From assembly GCA_965228895.1 (NCBI GenBank), contig OZ245842.1:3424001-3488000 (forward strand): a stretch of 64,000 nt of DNA, read 5' to 3'. The stretch comes from Alphaproteobacteria bacterium (lineage in GTDB: Bacteria; Pseudomonadota; Alphaproteobacteria; SP197). Shown piece by piece: positions 1 to 9,243 of this stretch; the stretch's first letter is position 1, and each line of letters opens with the position of its first letter. Made by a program: the position numbers and the translations under genes. The notes under the pieces were generated by a model. That model was not told where the DNA came from and did not search any database. It was given only the letters and a program-made list of their open reading frames with translations.

Positions 1-217
1 CAACGGGGTTTGACAAGAGACGCACTGAGATATTGGACGCCGGGCTCGTCTACTCTGAAGACTACGCTCTGTTTACGGTAGGGCGGCTTTGCGCTCCCGA
101 GGCCCAGTCACTCCGATAGAATTGTCCCGGCATGTCCATGCCGTCAGATGCCTGTCGACACACGTGAGACTGTGGGCGGACCGCGGCACAAATGACCCCC
201 GACGCAACCGCACTTCG

Positions 218-820
218 TCACTCAGCCGCCGAGGCGCCGTCGTAAACGGGGAGATCGCTCGCGGCCTGGCGCGCCGCGTCGCGTTGCTCGTCGCTTAGAG
301 CGATCAGTCCCCTGAAATCGGGCAAGTAGCCGAAGTCGCCAATGGCAACCTCATCCGTCGCCGACTGCAAAAGACTGCGGTAGGCGTCGATGTTCTCGTG
401 GTCGCGCTTGACATAGAGAAGAATCGGCGACGAGTCCTCCGTGACTTCGTAGCCGAGCGCCCCGTAGTTCAGGTATCCGAGAAAAACCTCTGTCAGCTCG
501 CCGGAACCGGCGGAACGGCACACTTCAAGTTGCGACGGCGTAAGCGGCACCTCGATGGACAAGACGCCCGGCGCGCCGGCTGCTAAACCCGATGCACAGA
601 ACGCCGCAACCGGATCGGTCGGCTCCGCGGCCTGCAGATCGATACGCTCGCCCGTTTGACCTGTATGAACCTCGACAACGGCGCTCATAAGTGACGAACT
701 GACCTCTGTCGCAACAACGTCCGCTGCCAAGGCAGCAGCCGAGCCAAGAAAAAAACTGCACGCCGCCACACCGCAAGCCCACTGGTGCGATCGACGTGCC
801 AGATATCCGAGAAACCTCAT
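218..820 (-). CDS. Hypothetical exported protein (signal-peptide-like N-terminus), about 200 aa
   Basis: ORF 218..862; ATG at 820 follows GGAGGAGG RBS. N-terminus MRFLGYLARR...FFLGSAAALA|AD resembles a signal peptide. No family recognised. Confidence 0.6.
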   Translation of the reverse strand: MRFLGYLARRSHQWACGVAACSFFLGSAAALAADVVATEVSSSLMSAVVEVHTGQTGERIDLQAAEPTDPVAAFCASGLAAGAPGVLSIEVPLTPSQLEVCRSAGSGELTEVFLGYLNYGALGYEVTEDSSPILLYVKRDHENIDAYRSLLQSATDEVAIGDFGYLPDFRGLIALSDEQRDAARQAASDLPVYDGASAAE

Positions 821-1025
821 GGCGCCCCTCCTCCAAGCGTCGTTGGCAAAGACAAAGACCAAAAGAGTGTCATGTCACGAGCATCACAACCTTAACAGCG
901 GAACCGTCGACAGCGCGATGGCGCTGGAGACCGCGGGTGTTGGGCACACCTGGGAGCGAGGGCGCCAAAACGGCTTTGACGGCCGAGCCAGGGGCCCGGT
1001 GTCTGATGCTATCGGAGACCTTGGG

Positions 1026-1100
1026 TGGTGGGCGCAGCTGGGATTGAACCAGCGACCCCTACGATGTCAACGTAGTGCTCTCCCGCTGAGCTATGCGCCC
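1026..1100 (-). tRNA. tRNA-Val (anticodon GAC)
   Basis: Minus strand reads GGGCGCATAGCTCAGCGGGAGAGCACTACGTTGACATCGTAGGGGTCGCTGGTTCAATCCCAGCTGCGCCCACCA: 75 nt, acceptor stem GGGCGCA/TGCGCCC, D-arm, anticodon loop TTGACAT, TTCAA T-loop, encoded CCA. Confidence 0.97.
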
Positions 1101-1116
1101 ACACCAAGGGGCGACG

Positions 1117-1145
1117 GTCTTACCGCCGCTGGCGCGATTTTGCAA
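1117..1145 (-). promoter_or_regulatory. Putative sigma70 promoter of tRNA-Val
   Basis: Minus strand TTGCAA-N17-TAAGAC followed by a GC-rich stretch just upstream of the tRNA. Confidence 0.55.
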
Positions 1146-1333
1146 CAGGTTCGCTGGGCCTAAACCAAAGGTATAGAGCCCGGAATATAAGCCTTTCGCC
1201 GATGGAGCGGGGCCGGTCCGCCCCCACCTGCCGCTCACCGTCAGCGCACCGGGGGTGCAAGCCTCAATCCAGCCCCTCCCCGGCGCCTGGCGGCCCAAGC
1301 AACCGCAAACCATCATCTGAAAGGATCTTACCC

Positions 1334-1615
1334 ATGAAAATCCCCGCCATGATCGCCCTTGCCACCGGTATCGCGCTGCCCGCCTATGCCATGGCGAGCG
1401 AAGCCGACCACGAGCTCAACGGCCAGTTCCTCGGCCATTCCGAGGCCGAGATCGTTCAGACCCTGGAAGGCCAGGGTTATGCCATCGACGAAACCGAGAT
1501 GGAGGACGGCGAACTGGAGGTCGAGATCGCCCGCGACGGCAAGTCGTTTGAGGTCGAAGTGGACCTGGAGACCGGCAAGGTCACCGAGGTCGAGAACGAA
1601 GACGACGACGACTAA
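1334..1615 (+). CDS. PepSY-domain small periplasmic protein
   Basis: AAGGA RBS then MKIPAMIALATGIALPAYAMA signal peptide; acidic PepSY-like motif LEGQGYAIDETEMEDGELEVE...FEVEVDLETGKV. Confidence 0.8.
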   Translation: MKIPAMIALATGIALPAYAMASEADHELNGQFLGHSEAEIVQTLEGQGYAIDETEMEDGELEVEIARDGKSFEVEVDLETGKVTEVENEDDDD

Positions 1616-1726
1616 ACCGGCGTCACCTGAAGCAACTGGCGCCCTGCGATCCCAGAGGTCGCGGGGCCCGGCCTTCCCGGTGTAGCATGGCCGCCAACCT
1701 CCCTTTCCCAGCCCCCGACGGTCCCG

Positions 1727-2245
1727 TTGTCCAACCGCCCTCTCCTGCTCTGGTCACTGCTCGTGCTGCAAGCCGTCTGCGCGGCGATCTTCCTCTATGA
1801 CGCGCTGGGCGACATCGTCTTCAACCTGCCGGAAACCGAGACTGAGACGAACCAGGACGACTATGTGGAGTTCGCCATCGTCATCGCGCTGGTCGCGGGG
1901 CTCAGCGTCACCGCGCGCGAGGTTTGGCGCATGCAGGTGCGCCAACGCCGGCTGGAGACACAAATGAAGCTCGCCTCCGGCGCCTTCGGCGAAATCGTCG
2001 AAAGCCATTTCGACCAGTGGGCGCTGACCCCGGCCGAAGCCGATGTCGCGCTGCTTCTGATCAAGGGTCTTTCGATGGGCGAAATCGCTAACCTGCGCGA
2101 GACCAAGGAAGGCACCATCAAGGCGCAGGGCAACGCGATCTACCGCAAGGCCGGCGTCAACGGCCGGGCCCAGTTGGTCAGCCTCTTCATCGAGGAACTG
2201 ATGGGCGACGGCGTCATGCCGCCCAATCCTTCCACCCAAACCTAA
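1727..2245 (+). CDS. Membrane-anchored LuxR-type HTH regulator (2 TM + HTH)
   Basis: Two hydrophobic N-terminal segments; C-terminal LTPAEADVALLLIKGLSMGEIANLRETKEGTIKAQGNAIYRKAGV is a LuxR/GerE HTH. TTG start. Confidence 0.85.
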   Translation: MSNRPLLLWSLLVLQAVCAAIFLYDALGDIVFNLPETETETNQDDYVEFAIVIALVAGLSVTAREVWRMQVRQRRLETQMKLASGAFGEIVESHFDQWALTPAEADVALLLIKGLSMGEIANLRETKEGTIKAQGNAIYRKAGVNGRAQLVSLFIEELMGDGVMPPNPSTQT

Positions 2246-2249
2246 ATCG

Positions 2250-2368
2250 CATCCCGGACGACCATCGGGAGGTCCGGGATCCAGGAACACGGACGCCCAT
2301 CAGGACGAACGCCATCGTCTTTTGAATCGGGGAATGTGTTCATGGGTCCCGGCTCAAGGCCGGGGCCC
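2250..2368. repeat. REP-like palindromic doublet between convergent genes
   Basis: ATCCCGGAC...GTCCGGGAT hairpin (2251-2280) and GGGTCCCGGCTCAAGGCCGGGGCCC hairpin (2344-2368); the second is related to the hairpin at 27449. Confidence 0.6.
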
Positions 2369-2388
2369 GGCAGATTTGCGTGGCGCGC

Positions 2389-3564
2389 TCAGTCCTCGCC
2401 GCCGGCGACCATCTCGACCGGCTCGCCGGCATAGGTGAACGGCACCTTGTCGGTGATGGTGAGGCCATAACCGTCGATGTGACGGTACTTCGCCGGGTTG
2501 TTGGTCAGGATGCGGATAGAGCGTAGCCCGAGATCATAGAGGATCTGCGCGCCCGTGCCGTATTGGCGCCAGTCGCCGGCGTCCAGCTTGTCGGCGGCGC
2601 TTTCGTCACCCTGGGCATAGATGCGCTTGCGGTTGATGCCGAGGCCCCAGCCTTCGGACCCCCGAAGGTAGATCAAGACGCCCGCCGGTTCCGCCGCCAG
2701 GCGCTCCAGCGCCAGATCGACCAGGCTCCTCCCGTTGCCGCGCACCGAACCGAAGACGTCGTCGACGACCGACGCCGAATGCACGCGCACCAAAACGTCG
2801 TCGTGGCGTTTGAGGTCGCCGTGAACAATCGCCAGATGTTCGGTGTCGTCGACGAGCGAGCGGTAGATGCGCGCCTCGAACGGGCCGTGGCGGGTATCGA
2901 ACGGTTTTGTCTCGACCAGCTCGACCAGCTTTTCGTTGCGCCGGCGATAGGTGATGAGGTCCTCGATCGAGATCAGCAAGAGGTCGTGCGCGGCAGCGAA
3001 CTCGATCAGTTCCGGCAGCCGTTTCATGGTGCCGTCATCGTTGACGATCTCGCAGATCGCGCCTGCCGGGTAACCGCCGGCGAGCCGGGCCAGGTCAACC
3101 GCGGCCTCGGTGTGGCCGGCCCGCGTCAAGACGCCACCGTCGCGCGCCAGCAGCGGAAAGATATGGCCGGGTTTGGCGAAATCGGTGGCCGCGACCTCCC
3201 GGTTGTCGCCTTGGTCGGCCAGCGCGCGGATCGTCTTCGCCCGGTCGGCTGCGGAAATCCCGGTGGTCGTGCCGTACTTATAGTCGACGGAGACGGTGAA
3301 CGCGGTGCCGTGGCTTTCGGTGTTGTGCTGCACCATCTGGGGCAGGTCCAGCTCGCCGACGCGCTCGGCGTTCATCGGCACGCAGATGACGCCGGAGGTA
3401 TGGCGCACCATGAAGGCGATCGCTTCAGGCGTCGCCCGGTCGGCCGCCATAATCAGATCGCCCTCGTTCTCGCGCGTCTCGTCGTCGACGACGACGACCA
3501 TCTTACCGTCGGCAATAGCGCGGATCGCCTCGTCGATGGAGGCAAAGATCGGTTTCTCACTCAT
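2389..3564 (-). CDS. ribB: 3,4-dihydroxy-2-butanone-4-phosphate synthase fused to a degenerate GTP cyclohydrolase II-like domain (RibBX type)
   Basis: [27 protein letters not shown] and RAGHTEA are DHBPS motifs. The C-terminal [14 protein letters not shown] lacks the Zn-binding cysteines of RibA. Confidence 0.92.
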   Translation of the reverse strand: MSEKPIFASIDEAIRAIADGKMVVVVDDETRENEGDLIMAADRATPEAIAFMVRHTSGVICVPMNAERVGELDLPQMVQHNTESHGTAFTVSVDYKYGTTTGISAADRAKTIRALADQGDNREVAATDFAKPGHIFPLLARDGGVLTRAGHTEAAVDLARLAGGYPAGAICEIVNDDGTMKRLPELIEFAAAHDLLLISIEDLITYRRRNEKLVELVETKPFDTRHGPFEARIYRSLVDDTEHLAIVHGDLKRHDDVLVRVHSASVVDDVFGSVRGNGRSLVDLALERLAAEPAGVLIYLRGSEGWGLGINRKRIYAQGDESAADKLDAGDWRQYGTGAQILYDLGLRSIRILTNNPAKYRHIDGYGLTITDKVPFTYAGEPVEMVAGGED

Positions 3565-3676
3565 GGCGGCCAATATGGTCCGGAAGGCGGATCACGGCAA
3601 GATTCCCGTCGAGCCGTGGAATTGGGGCCAAAGAGGTCTAAGATTGCTTGGGCGAGAGCTTCGCGCGGCGCGACCC

Positions 3677-4000
3677 ATGAGCTATTACGGCATTCTTGAG
3701 ACCTTGTCGCAATGGGCGGCGATCCTGACCGCGGTCGTCGCGGTTCTGGCGTCGGCCTGGTACGTCATGGAGCGCCGCCGCAAACGCCGCCGTCTCGAAC
3801 AGTACCTAAAGGATGAGTATGAAGCCCGGCGCGACAAGGGACAGCGCACGCTTTTGCACCTTGCGGCCAATCTTGGCATGACGGAGACCGAGATCATGGA
3901 CGCGGCTTTTCGCAGCAAGCGCATCGACCGCGTGGTCGTGACCGACTCGGCGGGCCGGGCCGACCGCATGATGTTGGTTTACCTGCCCAGGAAACGCTGA
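3677..4000 (+). CDS. Hypothetical single-pass membrane protein (107 aa)
   Basis: ATG 3677; hydrophobic helix WAAILTAVVAVLASAWYV, basic stretch RRRKRRR, then a short HTH-like segment. Confidence 0.6.
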   Translation: MSYYGILETLSQWAAILTAVVAVLASAWYVMERRRKRRRLEQYLKDEYEARRDKGQRTLLHLAANLGMTETEIMDAAFRSKRIDRVVVTDSAGRADRMMLVYLPRKR

Positions 4001-4103
4001 ACCCAGACGTTTTCTGACGTCAGGAACCGGCCCTGGGACTCCGCCGCCAAGCTGTTATGATCGCCGACCAACGCGCGCCGCCGCGCTAACGCAGGAGGAC
4101 CTC

Positions 4104-5504
4104 ATGGCAACGAACGTTCCCCAGGACATCCAGGAAATCTGGCAGATGGACCTGGATCACGTGATCCATCCCTTCCAGGACTTCGAGAGCTTCAAGGAAA
4201 CCGGCTCCGACATCATGTCGAAGAGCGAGGGGTCCCACATCTTCGATGCCTACGGCAACAAGCTGCTCGATGGCTGCGCCGGTCTGTGGTGCGTCAACAT
4301 CGGCTATGGCCGCAAGGAGATGGCCGCGGCGATCGCCGAACAGGTCGTCGACCTCGCCTATTATTCGACCTTCGGCCAGTTGACCACGCCGCCGACCGCG
4401 AAGTTCGCCGCCAAGCTCGCCGAATACGCGCCGGGCAAGCTGAACCACATCATGTACAGCACCGGCGGATCGATGGCGAACGACACCGCCATCCGCATGG
4501 TCCACTACTATTGGAACGCCAAGGGCCAGCCGAACCGCAAGAAGATCATCAGCCGGGTCGACGCCTATCACGGCATGACCTATCTGGCCGCCGGCCTCAC
4601 CGGCATCGAGTTCGACCGCATCGGCTTCGATCAGGAAGACGAGATCATCCATCACGTCTCCGTGCCCAACGTCTACCGTCCGCGCGACGGCATGAGCCCG
4701 TCGGAACTCTGCGACTTCCTGGTCCAGGAACTCGACGACAAGATCCAGGAGCTGGGCCCGGAAAACGTCGCGGCCTTCATCGCCGAGCCGATCATGGGCG
4801 CCGGCGGCGTGCTGGTGCCGCCGGAGGGTTATCACAAGCGCACCCAGGACGTGTGCCGCAAATACGGCGTCCTCACCATCTCCGACGAGGTCGTCACCGG
4901 CTTCGGCCGTCTGGGCCACATCTTCGCGTCCGAGCCGGTGTTTGGTCTGACGCCCGATATCATCACCTCGGCCAAGGGCATCTCGTCCGGTTACCTGCCG
5001 CTCGCCGCGACCATCGTCACCGACGAGATCTATGACACCATCTCCGCGCCACGCGACGATGGCGGCATCTATTCGACCGGCTTCACCTATGCCGGGCACC
5101 CCGTGTGCTGCGCCGCCGGCCTCAAGAACCTCGAGATCATCGAGGACGAGGATATCTGCGGTCACGTCCTGAAGGTCGGCCCGTATTTTGAGGAGCAGCT
5201 CAAGACGCTGATGGATCTGCCCCTGGTCGGCGACGTGCGCGGCAAGTGCTTCATGATGTGCGTCGAGAACGTCGGCAACAAAGAGACCAAGGAAGTCCTG
5301 CCGCCCGAAGCGCGCGTCGGCGACCGGATCGCCAAGCACGCCCAGGAACGCGGCGCGCTGGTGCGCCCGATCGGCCACCTGAACGTCTTGTCGCCGCCGC
5401 TGATCATGACCACCGACGAGATCGACTTCCTGGTCTCGACGCTGCGCGCCTCGATCGAAGCGACCCAGGACGACCTCACCCGCGAAGGCATCTGGAAGGG
5501 CTAA
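4104..5504 (+). CDS. Class III PLP-dependent aminotransferase (omega-amino acid/polyamine type)
   Basis: AGGAGG RBS; DGCAGLWCVNIGYG, AYHG, AFIAEPIMGAGG, DEVVTGFGRLG, PLP lysine in TSAKGISSGY, GFTYAGHP. Confidence 0.95.
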   Translation: MATNVPQDIQEIWQMDLDHVIHPFQDFESFKETGSDIMSKSEGSHIFDAYGNKLLDGCAGLWCVNIGYGRKEMAAAIAEQVVDLAYYSTFGQLTTPPTAKFAAKLAEYAPGKLNHIMYSTGGSMANDTAIRMVHYYWNAKGQPNRKKIISRVDAYHGMTYLAAGLTGIEFDRIGFDQEDEIIHHVSVPNVYRPRDGMSPSELCDFLVQELDDKIQELGPENVAAFIAEPIMGAGGVLVPPEGYHKRTQDVCRKYGVLTISDEVVTGFGRLGHIFASEPVFGLTPDIITSAKGISSGYLPLAATIVTDEIYDTISAPRDDGGIYSTGFTYAGHPVCCAAGLKNLEIIEDEDICGHVLKVGPYFEEQLKTLMDLPLVGDVRGKCFMMCVENVGNKETKEVLPPEARVGDRIAKHAQERGALVRPIGHLNVLSPPLIMTTDEIDFLVSTLRASIEATQDDLTREGIWKG

Positions 5505-5527
5505 GCGGACCTCAGCGAGGAACCCTG

Positions 5528-5563
5528 GCGGCGGCGCGGCGAAAGTTGCGCCGCCGCTTTTCT
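5528..5563 (+). terminator. Rho-independent terminator after aminotransferase
   Basis: GCGGCGGCGCGGC-GAAA-GTTGCGCCGCCGC followed by TTTTCT. Confidence 0.75.
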
Positions 5564-5589
5564 GTGCATCAATGTGCTAGCCTATCCAG

Positions 5590-5985
5590 ATGACACCGGA
5601 GCGCGCAGCCTACGATCTGGCAGAGGCTCAATACACCAATCTCGATCTGGGCATCGGTTGGTGGGAAGAACTACCCAGCATCCTGGAGAAACAATGCGTC
5701 GATCGCGGTGATGACAAAGGCTTCGCCTTCTGGGTGACCGTGCACACCGAATACCTGATGCTGGACACCCACTTCACCGTTACCGGCGAACTGCCGCCGA
5801 TCGAACGGGACGATCCCCAGCACTATCTGGCCATGATGCTCTGGGACGAAGGTTGGGGCACGCCGGACCTGGCTTTGTGGACGGCCCGGCGCTATGGCCA
5901 CGATCGCGCGATCCAGTACCTCCAGCGCATGGACGACATCTGGCGACAAGCCCATGACGACGTCGAGGCCCACCGGCTAGCCTAG
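5590..5985 (+). CDS. Hypothetical protein (131 aa)
   Basis: ATG-started ORF with protein-like composition filling the intergenic space; no family recognised. Confidence 0.55.
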   Translation: MTPERAAYDLAEAQYTNLDLGIGWWEELPSILEKQCVDRGDDKGFAFWVTVHTEYLMLDTHFTVTGELPPIERDDPQHYLAMMLWDEGWGTPDLALWTARRYGHDRAIQYLQRMDDIWRQAHDDVEAHRLA

Positions 5986-6030
5986 GCGCCGCCCGGCCAA
6001 ACTAATCAGCTAAGGACCCCAGCCTTGACG

Positions 6031-6378
6031 TTATCCGGGCACGGCCGGAACGGTCCGCCTTAAGTCGGGCTCGTCATGAATGAAGGTGATGTTGAGCGAA
6101 ACCGTGATCTCCGCTTCCCCATCATCGTCGGGCGCTATCGAATGGGCGGGTTCGGGGCTGGCATCGTCGAGCCTGACACCGGCCTCACCTAGACGCTGCC
6201 TAAAGTCGTCGAGCTTACCCATCGGCAGCGACAGCCGAAGGGTGATCGCAATGTTCGAGAACAACGTGTGATCGACGACCCAACCCTCGAACCCCAGGAT
6301 CACCCTATCGACGGCCGCGGTAACCTCATGGCGGTCGGCGCTGGTGACACCGTTCATGGCGAGGGATCGTCGCTTCAT
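6031..6378 (-). CDS. Hypothetical protein, possible ACT/ferredoxin-like fold (115 aa)
   Basis: ATG 6378; GWVVDHTLFSNIAITLRL and C-terminal SLNITFIHDEPDLRRTVPAVPG look like a conserved hypothetical family. Confidence 0.65.
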   Translation of the reverse strand: MKRRSLAMNGVTSADRHEVTAAVDRVILGFEGWVVDHTLFSNIAITLRLSLPMGKLDDFRQRLGEAGVRLDDASPEPAHSIAPDDDGEAEITVSLNITFIHDEPDLRRTVPAVPG

Positions 6379-6584
6379 GGGCCGACCTTGTGACGCCAAC
6401 GACCGGCCCCGTCCAGGCACTGCTGCTTTTTTGTGACGGCAAGACAACAAAAGCCTGTCGCAGCATCCAATTTTGAGCCCGCTTCGAATATGATCCATGA
6501 CACGGGCCAAGGTGCCGCGCGCGGGCGTGCGCGTGGCCCACGACCGGGCAACAGCCGGGAGCCCGCCATAACAAGGGGGAAGGC

Positions 6585-7475
6585 ATGACAAACGACGGCA
6601 ATGCAACGGCGAAGGTAACGATGCTCGGTCTGGGCAGAATGGGCGCGGCGCTCGCCAAGGCGTTTCACGAGGCCGGTCACGACACCCACGGCTGGTCGCG
6701 CAGCGACGCTACGCGCCAGGCCGCTTCCGGGTTCTGCGCCACCCACGACACCATCACTGATGCGGTCGCCGCCGCCGATCTGATCGTCGTCTGCCTGCCC
6801 GACTACGATACCAGCCTGGCCGCCTATGCCGGCGTGCCCGACGGCGCCTGGGCCGGCAAGACCATGGTGCAGCTCTCGTCCTGCGCGCCGGAGGAAGCCC
6901 TGACCATGCAGGCCTGGGCCAACGAGCGCGGCATCGCCTATATCGATGGCGCCATCGCGACATTCCCCAGCCGCATCGGCGCGCCCGCGACAGCGATCTT
7001 CATGTCCGGCGACCGCGCGGCCCACGACAAGGCCAAGCCGGTCCTCGATGCGCTGGGCGGACGCAACGTCTTCGTCTCCGACAAGGTGACCGGCGCGGCC
7101 GCCATGGACCTCGGGTGGCTCAGCCTGCTTTACGGCGTCTCGTCCGGCTTGCTCCAGGGTGCTGCGTTCTGCAGCAGCCTGGGCATCGACCCCAAGGCGT
7201 TCTTCGCCGCGATGCCGTCCTTTGATCCGGAAATCAAACACGCGGCCAAGGAATACGACGAGATGATCGCCAAGGATTGCTACGAAGGCGATCAGGCGAC
7301 GCTCGAAGTCCACGTCGCCGCCATGCAGCATCTTCTCGGTTGCGCCGAGCAGAACGGCCTGGATACCCGCTTCACCAAGATGCTGACCTCGCTTTATGGC
7401 GATGCCGTCGAGAACGGCCTCGGCGACAAGGAGTTTGCCGCCTCGATCAAAGTCTTCCGCGGCGAAACCAAGTAA
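6585..7475 (+). CDS. NAD(P)-dependent oxidoreductase, imine reductase (IRED)-like member of the beta-hydroxyacid dehydrogenase superfamily
   Basis: GLGRMG...GWSRS dinucleotide motif; YIDGAI; AAAMDLGWLSLLYG helix with Asp where beta-HADs have a catalytic Lys. Confidence 0.8.
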   Translation: MTNDGNATAKVTMLGLGRMGAALAKAFHEAGHDTHGWSRSDATRQAASGFCATHDTITDAVAAADLIVVCLPDYDTSLAAYAGVPDGAWAGKTMVQLSSCAPEEALTMQAWANERGIAYIDGAIATFPSRIGAPATAIFMSGDRAAHDKAKPVLDALGGRNVFVSDKVTGAAAMDLGWLSLLYGVSSGLLQGAAFCSSLGIDPKAFFAAMPSFDPEIKHAAKEYDEMIAKDCYEGDQATLEVHVAAMQHLLGCAEQNGLDTRFTKMLTSLYGDAVENGLGDKEFAASIKVFRGETK

Positions 7476-7488
7476 GCGGGGCATCGAG

Positions 7489-9135
7489 ATGGCGAGCGCA
7501 CGCGAGTACGACTATGTGATCATGGGCGGCGGTAGTGCGGGATGCACACTGGCCGCCCGGCTTTCCGAAGACCCTGAGGTCACAGTGTTGTTGTTGGAGG
7601 CCGGACCGCCGCGTGGCGTGCCGTTCGACAATTGGCGCGTCGACATGCCGGCAGCCTTCGGCGGCCTGTGGAGCAGCCCCCGCTACAACTGGAGTTTCGA
7701 CGGCGAGCCCGAGCCAACGATGCATAACCGCAGCATCTTCCAGCCGCGCGGGCGTATCCTGGGCGGCTCGTCCTCGATCAACGGCATGTGTTTCATCCGC
7801 GGCCACGCGCTCGACTTCGAACGCTGGGTGTCCGAAGGCGCGAACGGCTGGTCGTGGCGCGAGGTCCTGCCCTATTTCAAACGACTGGAAACCTGGCAGG
7901 ACGGCGAAAACGCCTATCGCGGCGGCTCCGGCCCCGTGCACGTCCGCAAGGGTGACTACCCCTCGCCGCTCTATGAAGCGTTCCTGCAATCCGGTGAACA
8001 AGCGGGCTACCAACGCACCGACGATATCAACGGCGAACACCAGGAAGGCGTCGGTGCGTTTCAGATGAACGTCCACAACGGCGTGCGCGCCTCGACGGCG
8101 GAAGCGTACATCAAGCCGAATGCGGGACGCGCCAACCTCACGGTCGAGACCGGCGCCATGGTGACGCGCGTCGCGATCGAGGGCAACCGCGCCGCCGGCA
8201 TCGTCTGCCGCAAGAGTAACGGCGAGGCCGAAACCGTGCGCGCCGCCCACGAACTAATTCTTTGCGGCGGCGCCATCGGTTCGCCCCACATGCTGATGCT
8301 GTCGGGCATCGGCCCGGCGGACGAGCTCAAACAGCACGGCATCGACGTCGCGGTCGACCTGCCCGGCGTCGGCCAGAACCTGCAGGACCATCCGCTGGTC
8401 TACATGAAATGGCGCACCGACAAGCCGGTCTCCATGAGCCGCTACACGCGCAAGGATCTGATGCTCTATACCGGCGCGCGCTGGCTCGCGAGCCATACCG
8501 GACCCGGCGCGTCGAACAACGTGGAGACCTGCGCCTGGCTGCGCAGCGATCCCACGGTCCAGCACCCGGACATGCTGATCCAGTTCCTCGCCGTCCTGAT
8601 CAACCATGAAGGGGACGTCATACCCGGCGAGCACGGCTTTACCTATTGCATCGGCCCGACTCGCGTGAAGGGGACGGGCTGGGTCAAGCTGCGTTCCGAC
8701 AATCCGGACGACAAACCGCGCATCCTCTCCAACTTCCTCGCCACCGATTACGACCTCGACCTGATGCGCCGTTCCCTGGAGATCGGCCGCGAGATCGCCG
8801 CTCAACCGGCACACCAGGCGCACGGTGTCACCGAGGTCGACCCCGGCCCCGCGATCAGCAGCCGCGAGGAGATCGACGATTACCTGCGCGACAATGTCGC
8901 CGGCGACTTCCATCTGGCCTGCACCTGCAAGATGGGCGGTGACGCGATGGCCGTCGTCGATCCGACGCTGAAGGTGCATGGCATCGAGGGGTTGCGTGTG
9001 GTCGACGCCTCGGTCATGCCCAGCATCGTCAACGCCAACACCAACGCGACGACCATCATGATCGCCGAAAAAGCCGCCGACATGATCCTGGGGCGCACAC
9101 CGCCCGCTCCTGCCGAAGTGGCGCTACCGGCCTAG
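7489..9135 (+). CDS. GMC family FAD oxidoreductase (choline dehydrogenase-like)
   Basis: GGGSAGC FAD motif, [23 protein letters not shown], active-site His (DFHLACTC) and Asn (NTNATTIMIAEK); 13 nt after the IRED-like gene. Confidence 0.93.
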   Translation: MASAREYDYVIMGGGSAGCTLAARLSEDPEVTVLLLEAGPPRGVPFDNWRVDMPAAFGGLWSSPRYNWSFDGEPEPTMHNRSIFQPRGRILGGSSSINGMCFIRGHALDFERWVSEGANGWSWREVLPYFKRLETWQDGENAYRGGSGPVHVRKGDYPSPLYEAFLQSGEQAGYQRTDDINGEHQEGVGAFQMNVHNGVRASTAEAYIKPNAGRANLTVETGAMVTRVAIEGNRAAGIVCRKSNGEAETVRAAHELILCGGAIGSPHMLMLSGIGPADELKQHGIDVAVDLPGVGQNLQDHPLVYMKWRTDKPVSMSRYTRKDLMLYTGARWLASHTGPGASNNVETCAWLRSDPTVQHPDMLIQFLAVLINHEGDVIPGEHGFTYCIGPTRVKGTGWVKLRSDNPDDKPRILSNFLATDYDLDLMRRSLEIGREIAAQPAHQAHGVTEVDPGPAISSREEIDDYLRDNVAGDFHLACTCKMGGDAMAVVDPTLKVHGIEGLRVVDASVMPSIVNANTNATTIMIAEKAADMILGRTPPAPAEVALPA

Positions 9136-9155
9136 CACAGCAACCGTCCGCTTTG

Positions 9156-9193
9156 TTTCAAGGCGGTAACCGTTAACACCGTTACCCTTGAAA
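9156..9193. promoter_or_regulatory. Imperfect inverted repeat (possible operator or terminator) upstream of the desaturase-GH3-enolase operon
   Basis: TTTCAAGG(CG)GTAAC-N10-GTTACCCTTGAAA, with two direct copies of ACCGTTA (9169, 9178). Confidence 0.4.
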
Positions 9194-9243
9194 GTGGCCG
9201 TGCTCAACCCAGGTCATCATACTGGCGTTGCGAGGATATCGAG

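Noticed and set aside
3565-3676. FMN riboswitch upstream of ribB
   Set aside because: There is only about 110 nt before a divergent gene, and no conserved RFN motifs are visible.
7489-9135. Assigning gene symbol betA to either GMC enzyme
   Set aside because: Family motifs are clear, but there is no betB/betI context and there are two divergent paralogues, so the substrate cannot be inferred.
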